Origin: Rhodothermales bacterium
GTDB lineage: Bacteria > Bacteroidota > Rhodothermia > Rhodothermales > VXPQ01
Assembly (NCBI GenBank): GCA_022825385.1
Contig: JAJDWX010000038.1
Span: forward strand, 79,717 to 143,716
Length of the DNA stretch: 64,000 nucleotides
Direction: 5' to 3'
A program made the translations under genes and the position numbers. Position 1 is the stretch's first letter, and each line of letters opens with the position of its first letter. Positions 38,854 through 48,603 of this stretch are shown here, piece after piece. The notes below the pieces were generated by a model. It saw only the letters and a program-made list of their open reading frames with translations. It ran no database searches and was not told where the DNA came from.

Positions 38854-40320
38854 CTAAAAAAATCCCCGGATCACGTCCAGAAGTCCCGGCGCAACGCCCA
38901 GAACCAGCAACGCCGCCGCGCACGAGACCAGCACGATCCGTAACGCAAGCGGGGACGAAAACGCAGCGTCCGCCGGCGCGGATTCCGGCGCGTCCGCCGG
39001 CGAGCGCATGAAAAAGACGTACAGTACGCGCAGATAATAAAAAGCCGATACGACGCTGGTCAGCACCCCGATTACGACAAGCCAGGCGTACCCGGCGGCG
39101 ACGGCGGGCGCGAATACCGCGTACTTGCCCAGAAAACCGCCAAACGGCGGAAATCCCGCCAGACTGAACATAAAGCACCCCATGGCGACGCCCACGAGCG
39201 GCTTGCGAAGTCCCACGCCCGTCAGCGAGTCGAGGGTTTGCTCCTGCCCCGCCTTGCCGTCCCATTCCAGAAAAGCCATGACGCCGAACGCGCCGATATT
39301 CATCAGCGTGTACGCAAGCAGATAGTACAGCGCGCCGGACCAGGCGGCAACCCCGCCCGCCGTCAGGGCCACCAGAATATACCCTCCGTGCGCAATGGAA
39401 GAATAGGCCAGCATGCGCTTCACATTCGATTGCGCGACCGCCAGCAAGTTGCCCAGGACCATCGTCGCGGTCGCAACGAGGGCAAACAGGGGGCTCCAGT
39501 CGTCCACGGACGCGATGTCGCGCAAAATCAGGATCAACGCGCCGAAGGCCGCCGTCTTCGAGGTGGTGGACATATAGCCCGCCATGGTGGTCGGGGCCCC
39601 CTGGTATACGTCCGGCGTCCACATATGAAACGGCGCCGCGCCCACCTTGAAAAAGAATCCGATAAGCAGCAACGCCGCGCCAGCCCGGAACAGCGCGACC
39701 CGCCCGCTCTCCTCGAGCCCGGCGGCCATCTCCGGGATATACATGGTCCCGGTCGAACCGTACATCAAGGCGATCCCGTACAGGAAAAAACCCGTAGCGA
39801 AGGCCCCCAGCAAAAAATACTTGAGGGCGCTCTCGGCGCTCCCTTCGTTGTCGCGCAACAATCCCGCCATCACGTACAGCGCGACGGACATCGTTTCGAG
39901 CCCGATGAACGCCGCCGCCATATGGTTCGCCGAGCCGAGAACCATCATCCCCACCGTGGCGAACAAGATCAGCGTATAGATTTCGCCGTATTCCTGGCCT
40001 GTTCTTCTCCAGTACGAGGGCGAAAGCGCCACGGTAAGCAGTCCGCCGGACAGGATGACGATATTCACGAACGAGGCGTAGCCGCCCGTGCGGACCATGC
40101 CGTAAAAAGCGGTTCCGGCTTCCTTCTCCAGGTGCAGCGCCTCGAAGAGTATGCCGACGGCAAGCGCCGCCCCGGAAGTCCAGGCCAGTTCGCGCAGGCT
40201 GCTTCCGAAAGCATCCCGAACCACCAGCCACACCCCCGCCGCCGCAACAAGCGTCAACGGCAGAGTGGCCAGCACATCCCCCGGAAGGGCGTCATAAAAA
40301 CGAATCAGGTCTGTTTCCAT
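38854..40320 (-). CDS. nuoN: NADH-quinone oxidoreductase subunit N
   Basis: 488-aa polytopic protein with an antiporter-like subunit pattern (LGNLLAVAQSNVKRMLAYSSIAHGGY). Confidence 0.9.
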   Translation of the reverse strand: METDLIRFYDALPGDVLATLPLTLVAAAGVWLVVRDAFGSSLRELAWTSGAALAVGILFEALHLEKEAGTAFYGMVRTGGYASFVNIVILSGGLLTVALSPSYWRRTGQEYGEIYTLILFATVGMMVLGSANHMAAAFIGLETMSVALYVMAGLLRDNEGSAESALKYFLLGAFATGFFLYGIALMYGSTGTMYIPEMAAGLEESGRVALFRAGAALLLIGFFFKVGAAPFHMWTPDVYQGAPTTMAGYMSTTSKTAAFGALILILRDIASVDDWSPLFALVATATMVLGNLLAVAQSNVKRMLAYSSIAHGGYILVALTAGGVAAWSGALYYLLAYTLMNIGAFGVMAFLEWDGKAGQEQTLDSLTGVGLRKPLVGVAMGCFMFSLAGFPPFGGFLGKYAVFAPAVAAGYAWLVVIGVLTSVVSAFYYLRVLYVFFMRSPADAPESAPADAAFSSPLALRIVLVSCAAALLVLGVAPGLLDVIRGFF

Positions 40321-40330
40321 GGGATCCTGT

Positions 40331-40615
40331 TCACAAACGGTCTATCCTCTTGGCCAGCGCCACGTCGAAAGCCGTCACCTTGCCGCCCGCGTCGTGCGTG
40401 TTGAGCGCCAGCGTAACCCGGTTGTATACGTTGCGCAGGTCCGGGTGGTGATCAAGCGATTCGGCTTCGAACGCGACGCGGACGATGAACGCCATGGCTT
40501 CTTTGAAATCGCCGAACGCAACCTGCTTCACGAGCCGGTCGTCCTCAAAGGTCCACCCGTCGAGCGCTTGCAACGCGTCGGCGATTTCTGCTTCGGAAAG
40601 GGGTTGTCGAGACAT
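40331..40615 (-). CDS. phhB: Pterin-4-alpha-carbinolamine dehydratase
   Basis: 94 aa. LDGWTFEDDRLVKQVAFGDFKEAMAFIVRVAFEAESLDHHPD is the PCD signature. Confidence 0.9.
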   Translation of the reverse strand: MSRQPLSEAEIADALQALDGWTFEDDRLVKQVAFGDFKEAMAFIVRVAFEAESLDHHPDLRNVYNRVTLALNTHDAGGKVTAFDVALAKRIDRL

Positions 40616-40663
40616 AGGCGATCAGGCGATGCGGCTTCTGGACCGCGGCGCATGAAAAGGGGC

Positions 40664-42250
40664 TTACAAGGGCACGATCCATCCGCTGTAGAAAATGACC
40701 CAGATCACGAAATACACGGGGACCAGGATCGGCAGCGAATACTTGACGAAATATCCCACGAAACTGGGCACGTCGACGCCGCTTGACTCGGCGATGGCTT
40801 TCACCATGAAGTTCGGCGCATTGCCGATATAGGTCATAGCGCCAAAGAACACCGCCGCCACGGAAATGGCCTGCAGGAATATCCACGAGTCGGCCCCGGC
40901 GGCGAATTCCATGACCTGCGTCGCCACGCTTACGTCCAGCCCGAACTTGCCCATCGCCGCCGCCAGGAAGTTGAGGTAGGTCGGCGCATTGTCCAGAATG
41001 CCCGACAAAACGCCCGTAGCCCAGTAGAACATGCCCACGGACAGCGATTCGGAATTCTGGCTCGCAAACTGGCTGATGAGCTGGAGCGCCGGCTGCATCG
41101 TTGCGAAAATACCCAGAAACAGCCAGCCCACTTCGCGGATAGGCTCGAAGGTGAACTCGTTTTTCTCAAGGGCCGTCTTGTCCGCGGACACAAACGCCAG
41201 GACGCATACCGAAAACATAATCAGTTCGCGAATGCCGAACGGCAAATGCACGCTGCCTATATGAAGCCGGGGAACCCAGCCGAAAACGTTCGGATCGACG
41301 AACACGGCAAGAACGACCACCACAACCCATATGAAATTCTTCCGGCCTACGACGGACATCAAGCCGCGGGAAGCGTCCACGGCAGGCGCAACCTCTTTAT
41401 TCCGCGAATCAATGACGTAAAAAATGGCCAGCAGCAAAAACATGGCCGGCAGCCAGATATACCAGACGTGCGTGAACGTCCAGAAGAAAGGCACGCCGCG
41501 CAAGAAGCCCAGGAAGAGCGGCGGATCGCCTATGGGCGTCAAGCCGCCGCCCACATTGGCGACCAGAAAAATGAAGAAAACGATATGATAGGGTTTCAGG
41601 CGGCCCCGGTTGAGACGCATATACGGCCGGATGAATAGCATCGCCGCGCCGGTCGTGGCGATCAGGTTTGCGATGACGGACCCGGCGAACAGCAGGATGG
41701 AATTCGTCCACGGGGTCCCGCGCGCGTTCAGGCTGAGAAAAATGCCCGACGCGGCGATGAACAAGGACGCGACCAGCGCAATGAAGGACAGATACTCGGC
41801 CAGCGCATGCATCATGGGCACGGACGAACCCAGCACGAACAGATAATAGATCACCACGAAGGCGCCGAGCGCCACGGCGTACTTCGGATAATGCTTGTGC
41901 CAGTGATGGGCGTAGAAAAGCGGCCCTGTGGCAATCATGACGAGCAGGGCAAGAAACGGCAGGACGAGCCATACGGGAGGCAGCGGGCCATGATGATCTC
42001 CCTCGCCATGCCCCCCGTCGGCCGCATGGGCGTCGCCCGAGGGCGCATGGTGGGAATCGTCGTGCGCAGCCTCGTCGGCATGGGCGGCGTCCGTTTGCTC
42101 CACGCCGGATTCCTGCAACGCAGCGGGAGGCGCCGCCCAGGCCGCGCCCGGCAGCGACAAACTGCCCGCCAGCAACATCGCCGCTGCAAGGGCAAGGCAG
42201 CGAGCAAACGCAGGGGGGCTGGAGACACGAATGGAGGGAAAGAAAACCAT
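40664..42250 (-). CDS. NhaD/ArsB-superfamily Na+/H+ antiporter-like transporter with a signal peptide and a His/Asp-rich N-terminal segment
   Basis: ORF 40664..42571 trimmed to ATG 42250 (MVFFPSIRV...), 11 nt after the nuoM stop. About 11 hydrophobic spans. DAAHADEAAHDDSHHAPSGDAHAADGGHGEGDHHGP. Confidence 0.8.
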   Translation of the reverse strand: MVFFPSIRVSSPPAFARCLALAAAMLLAGSLSLPGAAWAAPPAALQESGVEQTDAAHADEAAHDDSHHAPSGDAHAADGGHGEGDHHGPLPPVWLVLPFLALLVMIATGPLFYAHHWHKHYPKYAVALGAFVVIYYLFVLGSSVPMMHALAEYLSFIALVASLFIAASGIFLSLNARGTPWTNSILLFAGSVIANLIATTGAAMLFIRPYMRLNRGRLKPYHIVFFIFLVANVGGGLTPIGDPPLFLGFLRGVPFFWTFTHVWYIWLPAMFLLLAIFYVIDSRNKEVAPAVDASRGLMSVVGRKNFIWVVVVVLAVFVDPNVFGWVPRLHIGSVHLPFGIRELIMFSVCVLAFVSADKTALEKNEFTFEPIREVGWLFLGIFATMQPALQLISQFASQNSESLSVGMFYWATGVLSGILDNAPTYLNFLAAAMGKFGLDVSVATQVMEFAAGADSWIFLQAISVAAVFFGAMTYIGNAPNFMVKAIAESSGVDVPSFVGYFVKYSLPILVPVYFVIWVIFYSGWIVPL

Positions 42251-42261
42251 GGCGTATGCAA

Positions 42262-43884
42262 TCAGTTGTTTGGCTCCGAAACAGCCTGCGGGGACTTCGA
42301 ATCGGAGGCAGGGGAGGCATGTCCAAAAAAGCGCGCGGCGTCTTGCGCAGGACGGGCGTCCTCCGCAGCCATGCGTTTTTCGCGAATCGACTCCAGCAGA
42401 AACTGCGTGGCCGGTTCGCTCTTTTGTAAAAACCGGTTTGGGGCAAAGCCCAAGATAAACATAAGCACAACCAACGGAATCATGAGCGCGATTTCCCGGC
42501 CCGTCATATCGCGCAGGGTCCGGTTCGCTTCCTTGTCGAGCGGCCCGAAAAACGTCTTGTAGACCATCCACAGAAGATATACGGCCGCCAGAATCACGCC
42601 GGAGGTCGCGGCGGCGACAAGTACGGGATGGCCGATCAGGTCGCTCTGGAACGCGCCAAGGAGAATCATGAATTCGCCCACGAAACCGTTCAGTCCCGGC
42701 AATCCGGCAGACGCCAGCGCCGAGAAAATCATGAAGAACGTCAAGACGGGAACGGTGCGGGCAATGCCCCCGAAATCGTCCATTTCCCGGGTGTGGCGCC
42801 GTTCGTACAACATGCCGAGGAGCAAAAAGAGCGCGCCGGTGGACAATCCGTGATTGACCATCTGAATGAGGGCGCCCTGCATGGCTTCCATCGTGAATGC
42901 GAAAATGCCCAGTACGACGAACCCGAGGTGGCTAATGGACGAATAGGCCACCAGTTTCTTGGCGTCGGACTGCACCCGGGACACCAGCGCGCCATAAATA
43001 ATGCCGATCGTAGCAAGGATGGCGAACGGCAGCGCGTAATCGTACGCCGCATGCGGGAAAAAGGGCAGGCAAAAACGCACGAGTCCATAGGTCCCCATCT
43101 TGAGAAGCGTCCCGGCAAGAATCACCGACCCGCCCGTAGGCGCCTCCACATGCGCGTCCGGAAGCCAGGTATGCAAGGGGAAAACGGGGACCTTGACGGC
43201 AAAGGCCAGGGCGAAAACAGGGAACAGCCAGGCTTGCAGGCTCGCCGGCGCGTCGAACGCCAGCAGTTTGTACCAGTCCGTCGTGAACACGCCGCCATTC
43301 ACCGCGTCGCCCGCCGCATAGCCGAGATACAGAATCCCGACCAGCATAAGCAGGGACCCCGTCAGCGTAAAAAGCACGAACTTGACGGCGGCGTAGATGC
43401 GACGAGGGCCGCCCCATAGCCCGATAATGAAATACATCGGGATCAGCGTAAGCTCGAAAAAGACGTAGAACAGAAATACGTCGAACGCGCAGAAGACGCC
43501 CGTAACGCCCGTCTGCAAAATGAGCAGCAGCGTGTAGTATCCCTGGCGGCGCTTGTTTATGTAATGCCAGGAAGACAGGACGACGATGGGACCAAGCAGC
43601 GTCGTAAGCATTACGAGCAACAGGCTCAGCCCGTCGACGCCTACGAAATACTTGATGTCCACGCTTTCCGGGAACCAGGCTGCCTTATCGACCAGCTGCG
43701 GCGTTCCGCCCAGTTCGGGAGACGCATCGAAGGCGGCGAAAAGCCCAAGCGACAACAGAAACGCGGCCACGGTGGTCCCCAGCGCCACCCACCGCACCGC
43801 GCGGTCGCTGCGCGCCAGCAGGGTCAGCCCCGCTCCCGCAAGGGGCAGGAAAATGACAAGGGATGTGATATGCGGAATCGACAT
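42262..43884 (-). CDS. nuoM: NADH-quinone oxidoreductase subunit M
   Basis: The ORF start at 43908 is TTG and overlaps nuoL; ATG 43884 gives MSIPHITSLVIFLPLAG. Typical NuoM motifs (HTWLPDAHVEAPT). Confidence 0.9.
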   Translation of the reverse strand: MSIPHITSLVIFLPLAGAGLTLLARSDRAVRWVALGTTVAAFLLSLGLFAAFDASPELGGTPQLVDKAAWFPESVDIKYFVGVDGLSLLLVMLTTLLGPIVVLSSWHYINKRRQGYYTLLLILQTGVTGVFCAFDVFLFYVFFELTLIPMYFIIGLWGGPRRIYAAVKFVLFTLTGSLLMLVGILYLGYAAGDAVNGGVFTTDWYKLLAFDAPASLQAWLFPVFALAFAVKVPVFPLHTWLPDAHVEAPTGGSVILAGTLLKMGTYGLVRFCLPFFPHAAYDYALPFAILATIGIIYGALVSRVQSDAKKLVAYSSISHLGFVVLGIFAFTMEAMQGALIQMVNHGLSTGALFLLLGMLYERRHTREMDDFGGIARTVPVLTFFMIFSALASAGLPGLNGFVGEFMILLGAFQSDLIGHPVLVAAATSGVILAAVYLLWMVYKTFFGPLDKEANRTLRDMTGREIALMIPLVVLMFILGFAPNRFLQKSEPATQFLLESIREKRMAAEDARPAQDAARFFGHASPASDSKSPQAVSEPNN

Positions 43885-43897
43885 GGCCTCGAGGAAA

Positions 43898-45931
43898 TCA
43901 CAGGACAAGCAGGAGCGCTACGACAAAAACGGCCCCGAGGACGATCGCGGCGGCGTAGTGCTGTACGCGACCGGTCTGGATGCGGCGAGCGAAGCGGCTT
44001 GTCGAAGCGACCAGGGCGGCCAACCCGTTTACCGCGCCGTCCACGACCCGCGCATCAAACGCGGCGCAACCGCGCCGGGCCAACCGCAAGACAGGACGAA
44101 CCACGATGCGGTCGTACGATTCGTCCCAGAAATACTTCCTTTGCCATAGCCGGTACGCGCCGCCCAGGCGCCGGGCGATGCGCTCGTCGAACGCCAGGCC
44201 CTGGTTCCCGTAGGCCCGCATGGCCAGCGACACGCCCGCAAGGGCAATGAGCGCCCCGAAAAGCAGCAGCCCCCATTCGATCCAGATAAACCCGGCCCCG
44301 TGTTCCGCGGCGGGCGGCTCCGCTACGGGCCCGCCCCAGGGCGCGCCCAGCCAATGATGGATCCAGTTGTATTTGCCATGCCCGATCACGGCGGGCAACC
44401 CGATAAACCCGGCGAAGACAGACAGCACGGCAAGAATTTGCAGGGGCAACGTCATGGTCCAGGGCGATTCGACGGGCCGCGCGCGGTCGGCGGCGGGCCA
44501 CCGCGGCCCTCCCTGGAAGGTAAGCATATACGACCGCATCATATAAAACGCGGTCAGCAAGGCCGTAACGATTCCGATTCCCCAAACGAACCAGGCGTAC
44601 GCATGCCCGTCGTACCCATACTCGAACACCCGAAAGAGAATCTCGTCCTTGGAAAAGAAACCGGCGAGCGGCGGCAAACCCGCAATGGCGAGCGTAGCGA
44701 CCAGATACGTCAGGTTCGTGACGGGCATATACCGGGCCAGCCCGCCCATCGTCCGCATGTCCTGCGGATCGAACGCGTGCGCGGCGGACCCGTCGGATTC
44801 GGCGTCGTCCGGCTCCGGGAGCAATCCTTCCGCCTCCAGATCGTGCTCGACGCCATGCATCGCATGGATAACGCTTCCGGACCCCAAAAAGAGACATCCC
44901 TTGAAGAAGGCATGCGTAACGACATGAAAAATCGACACGAAGAACGCCCCGACGCCCGCCGCCGCAAACATATACCCAAGCTGCGAAACCGTCGAGTAGG
45001 CCAGCACTTTCTTGATGTCGTTCTGCACGAGCGCAATGGTAGCCGCCATGATCGCCGTGAGCGCGCCCACGACGGCGATCGCCGCCATGACGCCCGGCGC
45101 CGCCAGCACAAGGGGCGAAAGCCGCGCAAGCAGGTAGAGCCCGCTCGTAACCATCGTGGCCGCATGAATAAGCGCGGATACCGGCGTCGGCCCCGCCATA
45201 GCGTCCGGCAGCCAGGTAAAAAGCGGAATCTGCGCGCTTTTGCCCGTAGCGCCGATAAAAAGCAGCAGCACAACCCAGTTGACCACATGCTGCGGAAGCG
45301 TATCGACGGCGGCGAGCAGGCTGCCGAAATCAAGCGCGCCGACTTCCCGGTACAGCAGAAATATGGCCAGCAGGAAAGCAAAATCGCCCACCCGGTTCAT
45401 GATGAACGCCTTGTTCGCCGCCGCGCTGTTGCGAAGGTTTTCGTACCAGAACCCGATCAGCAGCCAGGAACACAAGCCCACGCCTTCCCAGCCCAGGAAA
45501 AGCACAGGCAGGTTGTCCGCCAGCACCAGATTCAGCATGGCGAAAATGAACAGGTTCAGGTAGGCGAAAAACCGCCAGTACCCCCTGTCGCCGTGCATGT
45601 ACCCGATGGAATACAAATGGATAATGCCCCCGACGCCCGTCACCACCATCGTCATGAGCAGGGACAGCGCGTCGATGCGATAGGCGAACGAAAGGCGGAA
45701 ATCTCCCGCCGACATCCAGGCGTAATAATCGACGACGAAAGGCTCCCCTTCGTACCCTGTGAACAGGTAGAGCGCAATGGCGAACGGAATGGCTACCATC
45801 GCGGTGGCCACTCCGCCGATCAGCCCCTCGTACCTGCGCAGGTCCGGCATAAAAAGACCGCTCAGGCCAATGCACGCCGCCCCTGCCAGCGGCAACAGAA
45901 TAATCAGGCCTGTCAGAAGGTCTATGTACAT
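43898..45931 (-). CDS. nuoL: NADH-quinone oxidoreductase subunit L
   Basis: MYIDLLTGLIILLPLAG; FLGWEGVGLCSWLLIGFW; TWLPDAMAGPTPVSALIHAATMV. Confidence 0.9.
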   Translation of the reverse strand: MYIDLLTGLIILLPLAGAACIGLSGLFMPDLRRYEGLIGGVATAMVAIPFAIALYLFTGYEGEPFVVDYYAWMSAGDFRLSFAYRIDALSLLMTMVVTGVGGIIHLYSIGYMHGDRGYWRFFAYLNLFIFAMLNLVLADNLPVLFLGWEGVGLCSWLLIGFWYENLRNSAAANKAFIMNRVGDFAFLLAIFLLYREVGALDFGSLLAAVDTLPQHVVNWVVLLLFIGATGKSAQIPLFTWLPDAMAGPTPVSALIHAATMVTSGLYLLARLSPLVLAAPGVMAAIAVVGALTAIMAATIALVQNDIKKVLAYSTVSQLGYMFAAAGVGAFFVSIFHVVTHAFFKGCLFLGSGSVIHAMHGVEHDLEAEGLLPEPDDAESDGSAAHAFDPQDMRTMGGLARYMPVTNLTYLVATLAIAGLPPLAGFFSKDEILFRVFEYGYDGHAYAWFVWGIGIVTALLTAFYMMRSYMLTFQGGPRWPAADRARPVESPWTMTLPLQILAVLSVFAGFIGLPAVIGHGKYNWIHHWLGAPWGGPVAEPPAAEHGAGFIWIEWGLLLFGALIALAGVSLAMRAYGNQGLAFDERIARRLGGAYRLWQRKYFWDESYDRIVVRPVLRLARRGCAAFDARVVDGAVNGLAALVASTSRFARRIQTGRVQHYAAAIVLGAVFVVALLLVL

Positions 45932-45967
45932 ATCGGATTCGCCTTGAAGCAGGCGCGCGCGTATTCC

Positions 45968-46273
45968 CTAAAACCTGAACAGATTAAACCGGGTGAGATC
46001 GACCGTCTCCTTCTTTCGAAACAAGGCAATGACGATGGCCAGACCCACCGCCGCTTCCGCCGCCGCGACCGCCATCACGAAAAAAACCAGCATTTGCCCG
46101 GCTGCGTCGCCCAGGGCGCGGCTAAAAGCCACCAGCGTGATATTGACGGCGTTGAGCATCAATTCGATCGACATGAACACGACGATCGCGTTGCGGCGCA
46201 ACAGTACGCCCAAAGCGCCGATGGTAAACAACACCGCGCTCAGCGACAAATACCAGTCCAGCGTCCATTCCAT
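45968..46273 (-). CDS. nuoK: NADH-quinone oxidoreductase subunit K
   Basis: 101 aa, three TM spans. [17 protein letters not shown]; [11 protein letters not shown]. Confidence 0.9.
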   Translation of the reverse strand: MEWTLDWYLSLSAVLFTIGALGVLLRRNAIVVFMSIELMLNAVNITLVAFSRALGDAAGQMLVFFVMAVAAAEAAVGLAIVIALFRKKETVDLTRFNLFRF

Positions 46274-46282
46274 AGCGTTTTC

Positions 46283-46792
46283 CTATCGCTTGTTCGAACT
46301 TCTGCGGGCAAGCAATACCGCGCCTATCGTGGCCACCAGCAGCAAAATGCCTGTGACTTCCATGGGCAGCGCATAGCGCGTCAGCAATTCCCGGCCCAGC
46401 GCCGAAGCAGAGCCGGAAGCGGCGTCCGACAGGGTCGGCTCCGGCAAAAGGTCCAGGCTGCCGGCCAGAACATACGTCAGCTGCGCCAGGATGACCATCC
46501 CCAGCAAAAAAGCGACGGCGCGTTTCCAGTCGATGGATTGCAACTTCGGAAGGGCCGCCAGATTCAGCAACATAATGACGAACAGAAAAAGCACCATGAT
46601 CGCGCCGGCGTACACCAGTATCTGCGCCACCCCGATGAACCGGGCGTTCATCGTTACGTACAGGGCCGCCACGCAGCACAGGTTAAGCACAAGCCAAAGC
46701 GCTCCGGACACGGGGCTTCTGGAAACGATCAGCCCGATCCCCGAAGCGATCGCCACCGCGGCGAAAAAGAAAAAGAAAAGTTGGGAAACCAT
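46283..46792 (-). CDS. nuoJ: NADH-quinone oxidoreductase subunit J
   Basis: ORF trimmed to ATG 46792 (MVSQLFFFFFAAVAIASGIGLIVSRSPV). ILVYAGAIMVLFLFVIML. Confidence 0.85.
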   Translation of the reverse strand: MVSQLFFFFFAAVAIASGIGLIVSRSPVSGALWLVLNLCCVAALYVTMNARFIGVAQILVYAGAIMVLFLFVIMLLNLAALPKLQSIDWKRAVAFLLGMVILAQLTYVLAGSLDLLPEPTLSDAASGSASALGRELLTRYALPMEVTGILLLVATIGAVLLARRSSNKR

Positions 46793-46932
46793 GTAATAAA
46801 ATTCGGAGCGGCGGCGACAAGGCCGGAGCGCAGTATCCATCCGTGACGGCAAAGGTAGCCAAAAGGCGGCAACGGGACAATATACGATCCCGTAAATCCC
46901 CGTGAATTATAGAATATTCTGTATAGATCGCA

Positions 46933-48372
46933 CTACTGCGCGGGCAGGGCGGACGGGGCCAGCGAAAGCGCCTCGAACAAACGTTGTCCCACCTCCGCAT
47001 TGTCGAGATTCCCGCGAAACCGCGCGCTGCCGGGGCCGTACGCATACATATTCACGTCCGTCGCGGTATGTCCGAGGGTCGTCCAGGCCACGCCGGCCCG
47101 GCGCGCAACGATCTCGCCCAGCGCATGGCCAAGCCGGCCTTCCTTGCGCGCCGCCGCGATCGCCGCCTGCTCCCTGGCCGTCAGGTCCCCGACGCCCGCC
47201 ATCGCAGAAAGCGCGTCCCCGGGGGCTTCGCCGCCCTCCACGGCGCTTGCCATCGCATCCGTGGAGGCGGACGCGGCGGTCAGGCGCTCCGGGCGCCAGT
47301 CGTACCATGATTGCGCATACAGGCTTTGCCAGTAGGTAGGCGCTTCGCCCACGCGATCCGCCTTGTCGGGATCAAGCAGGGACCGGCCCAGCGCCAGCCC
47401 GCCGGTTTCATGGTCGGAAACCGCCACAAGCAGCGTTTCGCCGTCTTCTTCCGCAAAAATCCGGGCCGCCTCGAACGCATCGTCGTACGCCAGCGTCTCC
47501 TGGAGCGCCGCCGCTGCGTCGTGCGCGTGCGACGCATGATCGATGCGGCTCCCTTCCACCATCAGAAAGAAACCCGCCTCGCTTTGCTGCAAAACCTCAA
47601 GCGCTTTCTGCGTCATGCGCGCGAGATGCGAAACATGCGACGCCTCCCCTTGCGCCGCGTCTATCTCCCAGGGCATATGGCTTTCGGAAAAAAGCCCCAG
47701 CGCCGGTCCCTCCCGTACGGCCTCCAGCGCCTCCATATCCCCGACCGTCTGATATCCGAGGAAAGACGCTTCCTGCACCAGATCCCTGCCGTCGCTGCGC
47801 GCGCCGCCGCGGGCCTCGGGCAGAAAAAAGCGGCGCCCGCCGCCAAGCAACACCTCCAGCCCCGCGTCCAGCATCTGCAAAGCGATCTCGGACTCCATGC
47901 CCCGATCCGGGACATGCGCCGCAAACGCCGCCGGGGTCGCATGGGTAACCCGACTGGTCGCCACCAGTCCCGTAGCCATCCCCCGCGCCTCGGCGGCCTC
48001 GACGATGGTCTGGAGGGGACGGTGCAGCGTATCGACCGCGATCGCCCCGTTCTCCGTCTTGAATCCGGTAGAATACGCCGTAGCGCTGGACGCCGAATCC
48101 GTAATGCGCTCGCGGGCCGAATGGGTGCGCACCGATCCGGTATGGTGCGGATCGAGGTAAAGACCCTCCCGCAAGCCCAGGTGGATCGCTGCCTCCCGGG
48201 CCATCGTGAAATGCGCCGGGCCGGCGCCGTCGGCGATGAACAGGATGACGTTCCGCGGCGCGCGCTCCGAAAGCGCAGGGGCGGCCGTATCCGGGGAGGC
48301 GGCCGGCGAACAGCCCCAGTGCATGCCGGCCAGCAGCAACAGGAGGAATCCAAAGAGCGAGGAGCGAGGCAT
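46933..48372 (-). CDS. Alkaline phosphatase (PhoA family), secreted
   Basis: NVILFIADGAGP; DSASSATAYSTG; SRIDHASHAHD; VSDHETGG; N-terminal signal peptide. Confidence 0.85.
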   Translation of the reverse strand: MPRSSLFGFLLLLLAGMHWGCSPAASPDTAAPALSERAPRNVILFIADGAGPAHFTMAREAAIHLGLREGLYLDPHHTGSVRTHSARERITDSASSATAYSTGFKTENGAIAVDTLHRPLQTIVEAAEARGMATGLVATSRVTHATPAAFAAHVPDRGMESEIALQMLDAGLEVLLGGGRRFFLPEARGGARSDGRDLVQEASFLGYQTVGDMEALEAVREGPALGLFSESHMPWEIDAAQGEASHVSHLARMTQKALEVLQQSEAGFFLMVEGSRIDHASHAHDAAAALQETLAYDDAFEAARIFAEEDGETLLVAVSDHETGGLALGRSLLDPDKADRVGEAPTYWQSLYAQSWYDWRPERLTAASASTDAMASAVEGGEAPGDALSAMAGVGDLTAREQAAIAAARKEGRLGHALGEIVARRAGVAWTTLGHTATDVNMYAYGPGSARFRGNLDNAEVGQRLFEALSLAPSALPAQ

Positions 48373-48603
48373 AGCGGCGCAGGATGGGATGGGAGAACGC
48401 TTCGCAGGAATATCGGGAACGGCGCGTTAAAAAAATGACGCAAATATCCTTGCATTTCGGCGCGTTGGCCATCTGCACGAAACTTTCGCAAAGCCTGCGC
48501 GCCCCGCGCAGCGTATATTGTATATTGTCCCCGCCGGAGTGCGGCCCTGCGAAAAGAGGCGCCGCGCTTTTTTCGTCTACTTCATTATAAATAAACATCC
48601 GTC

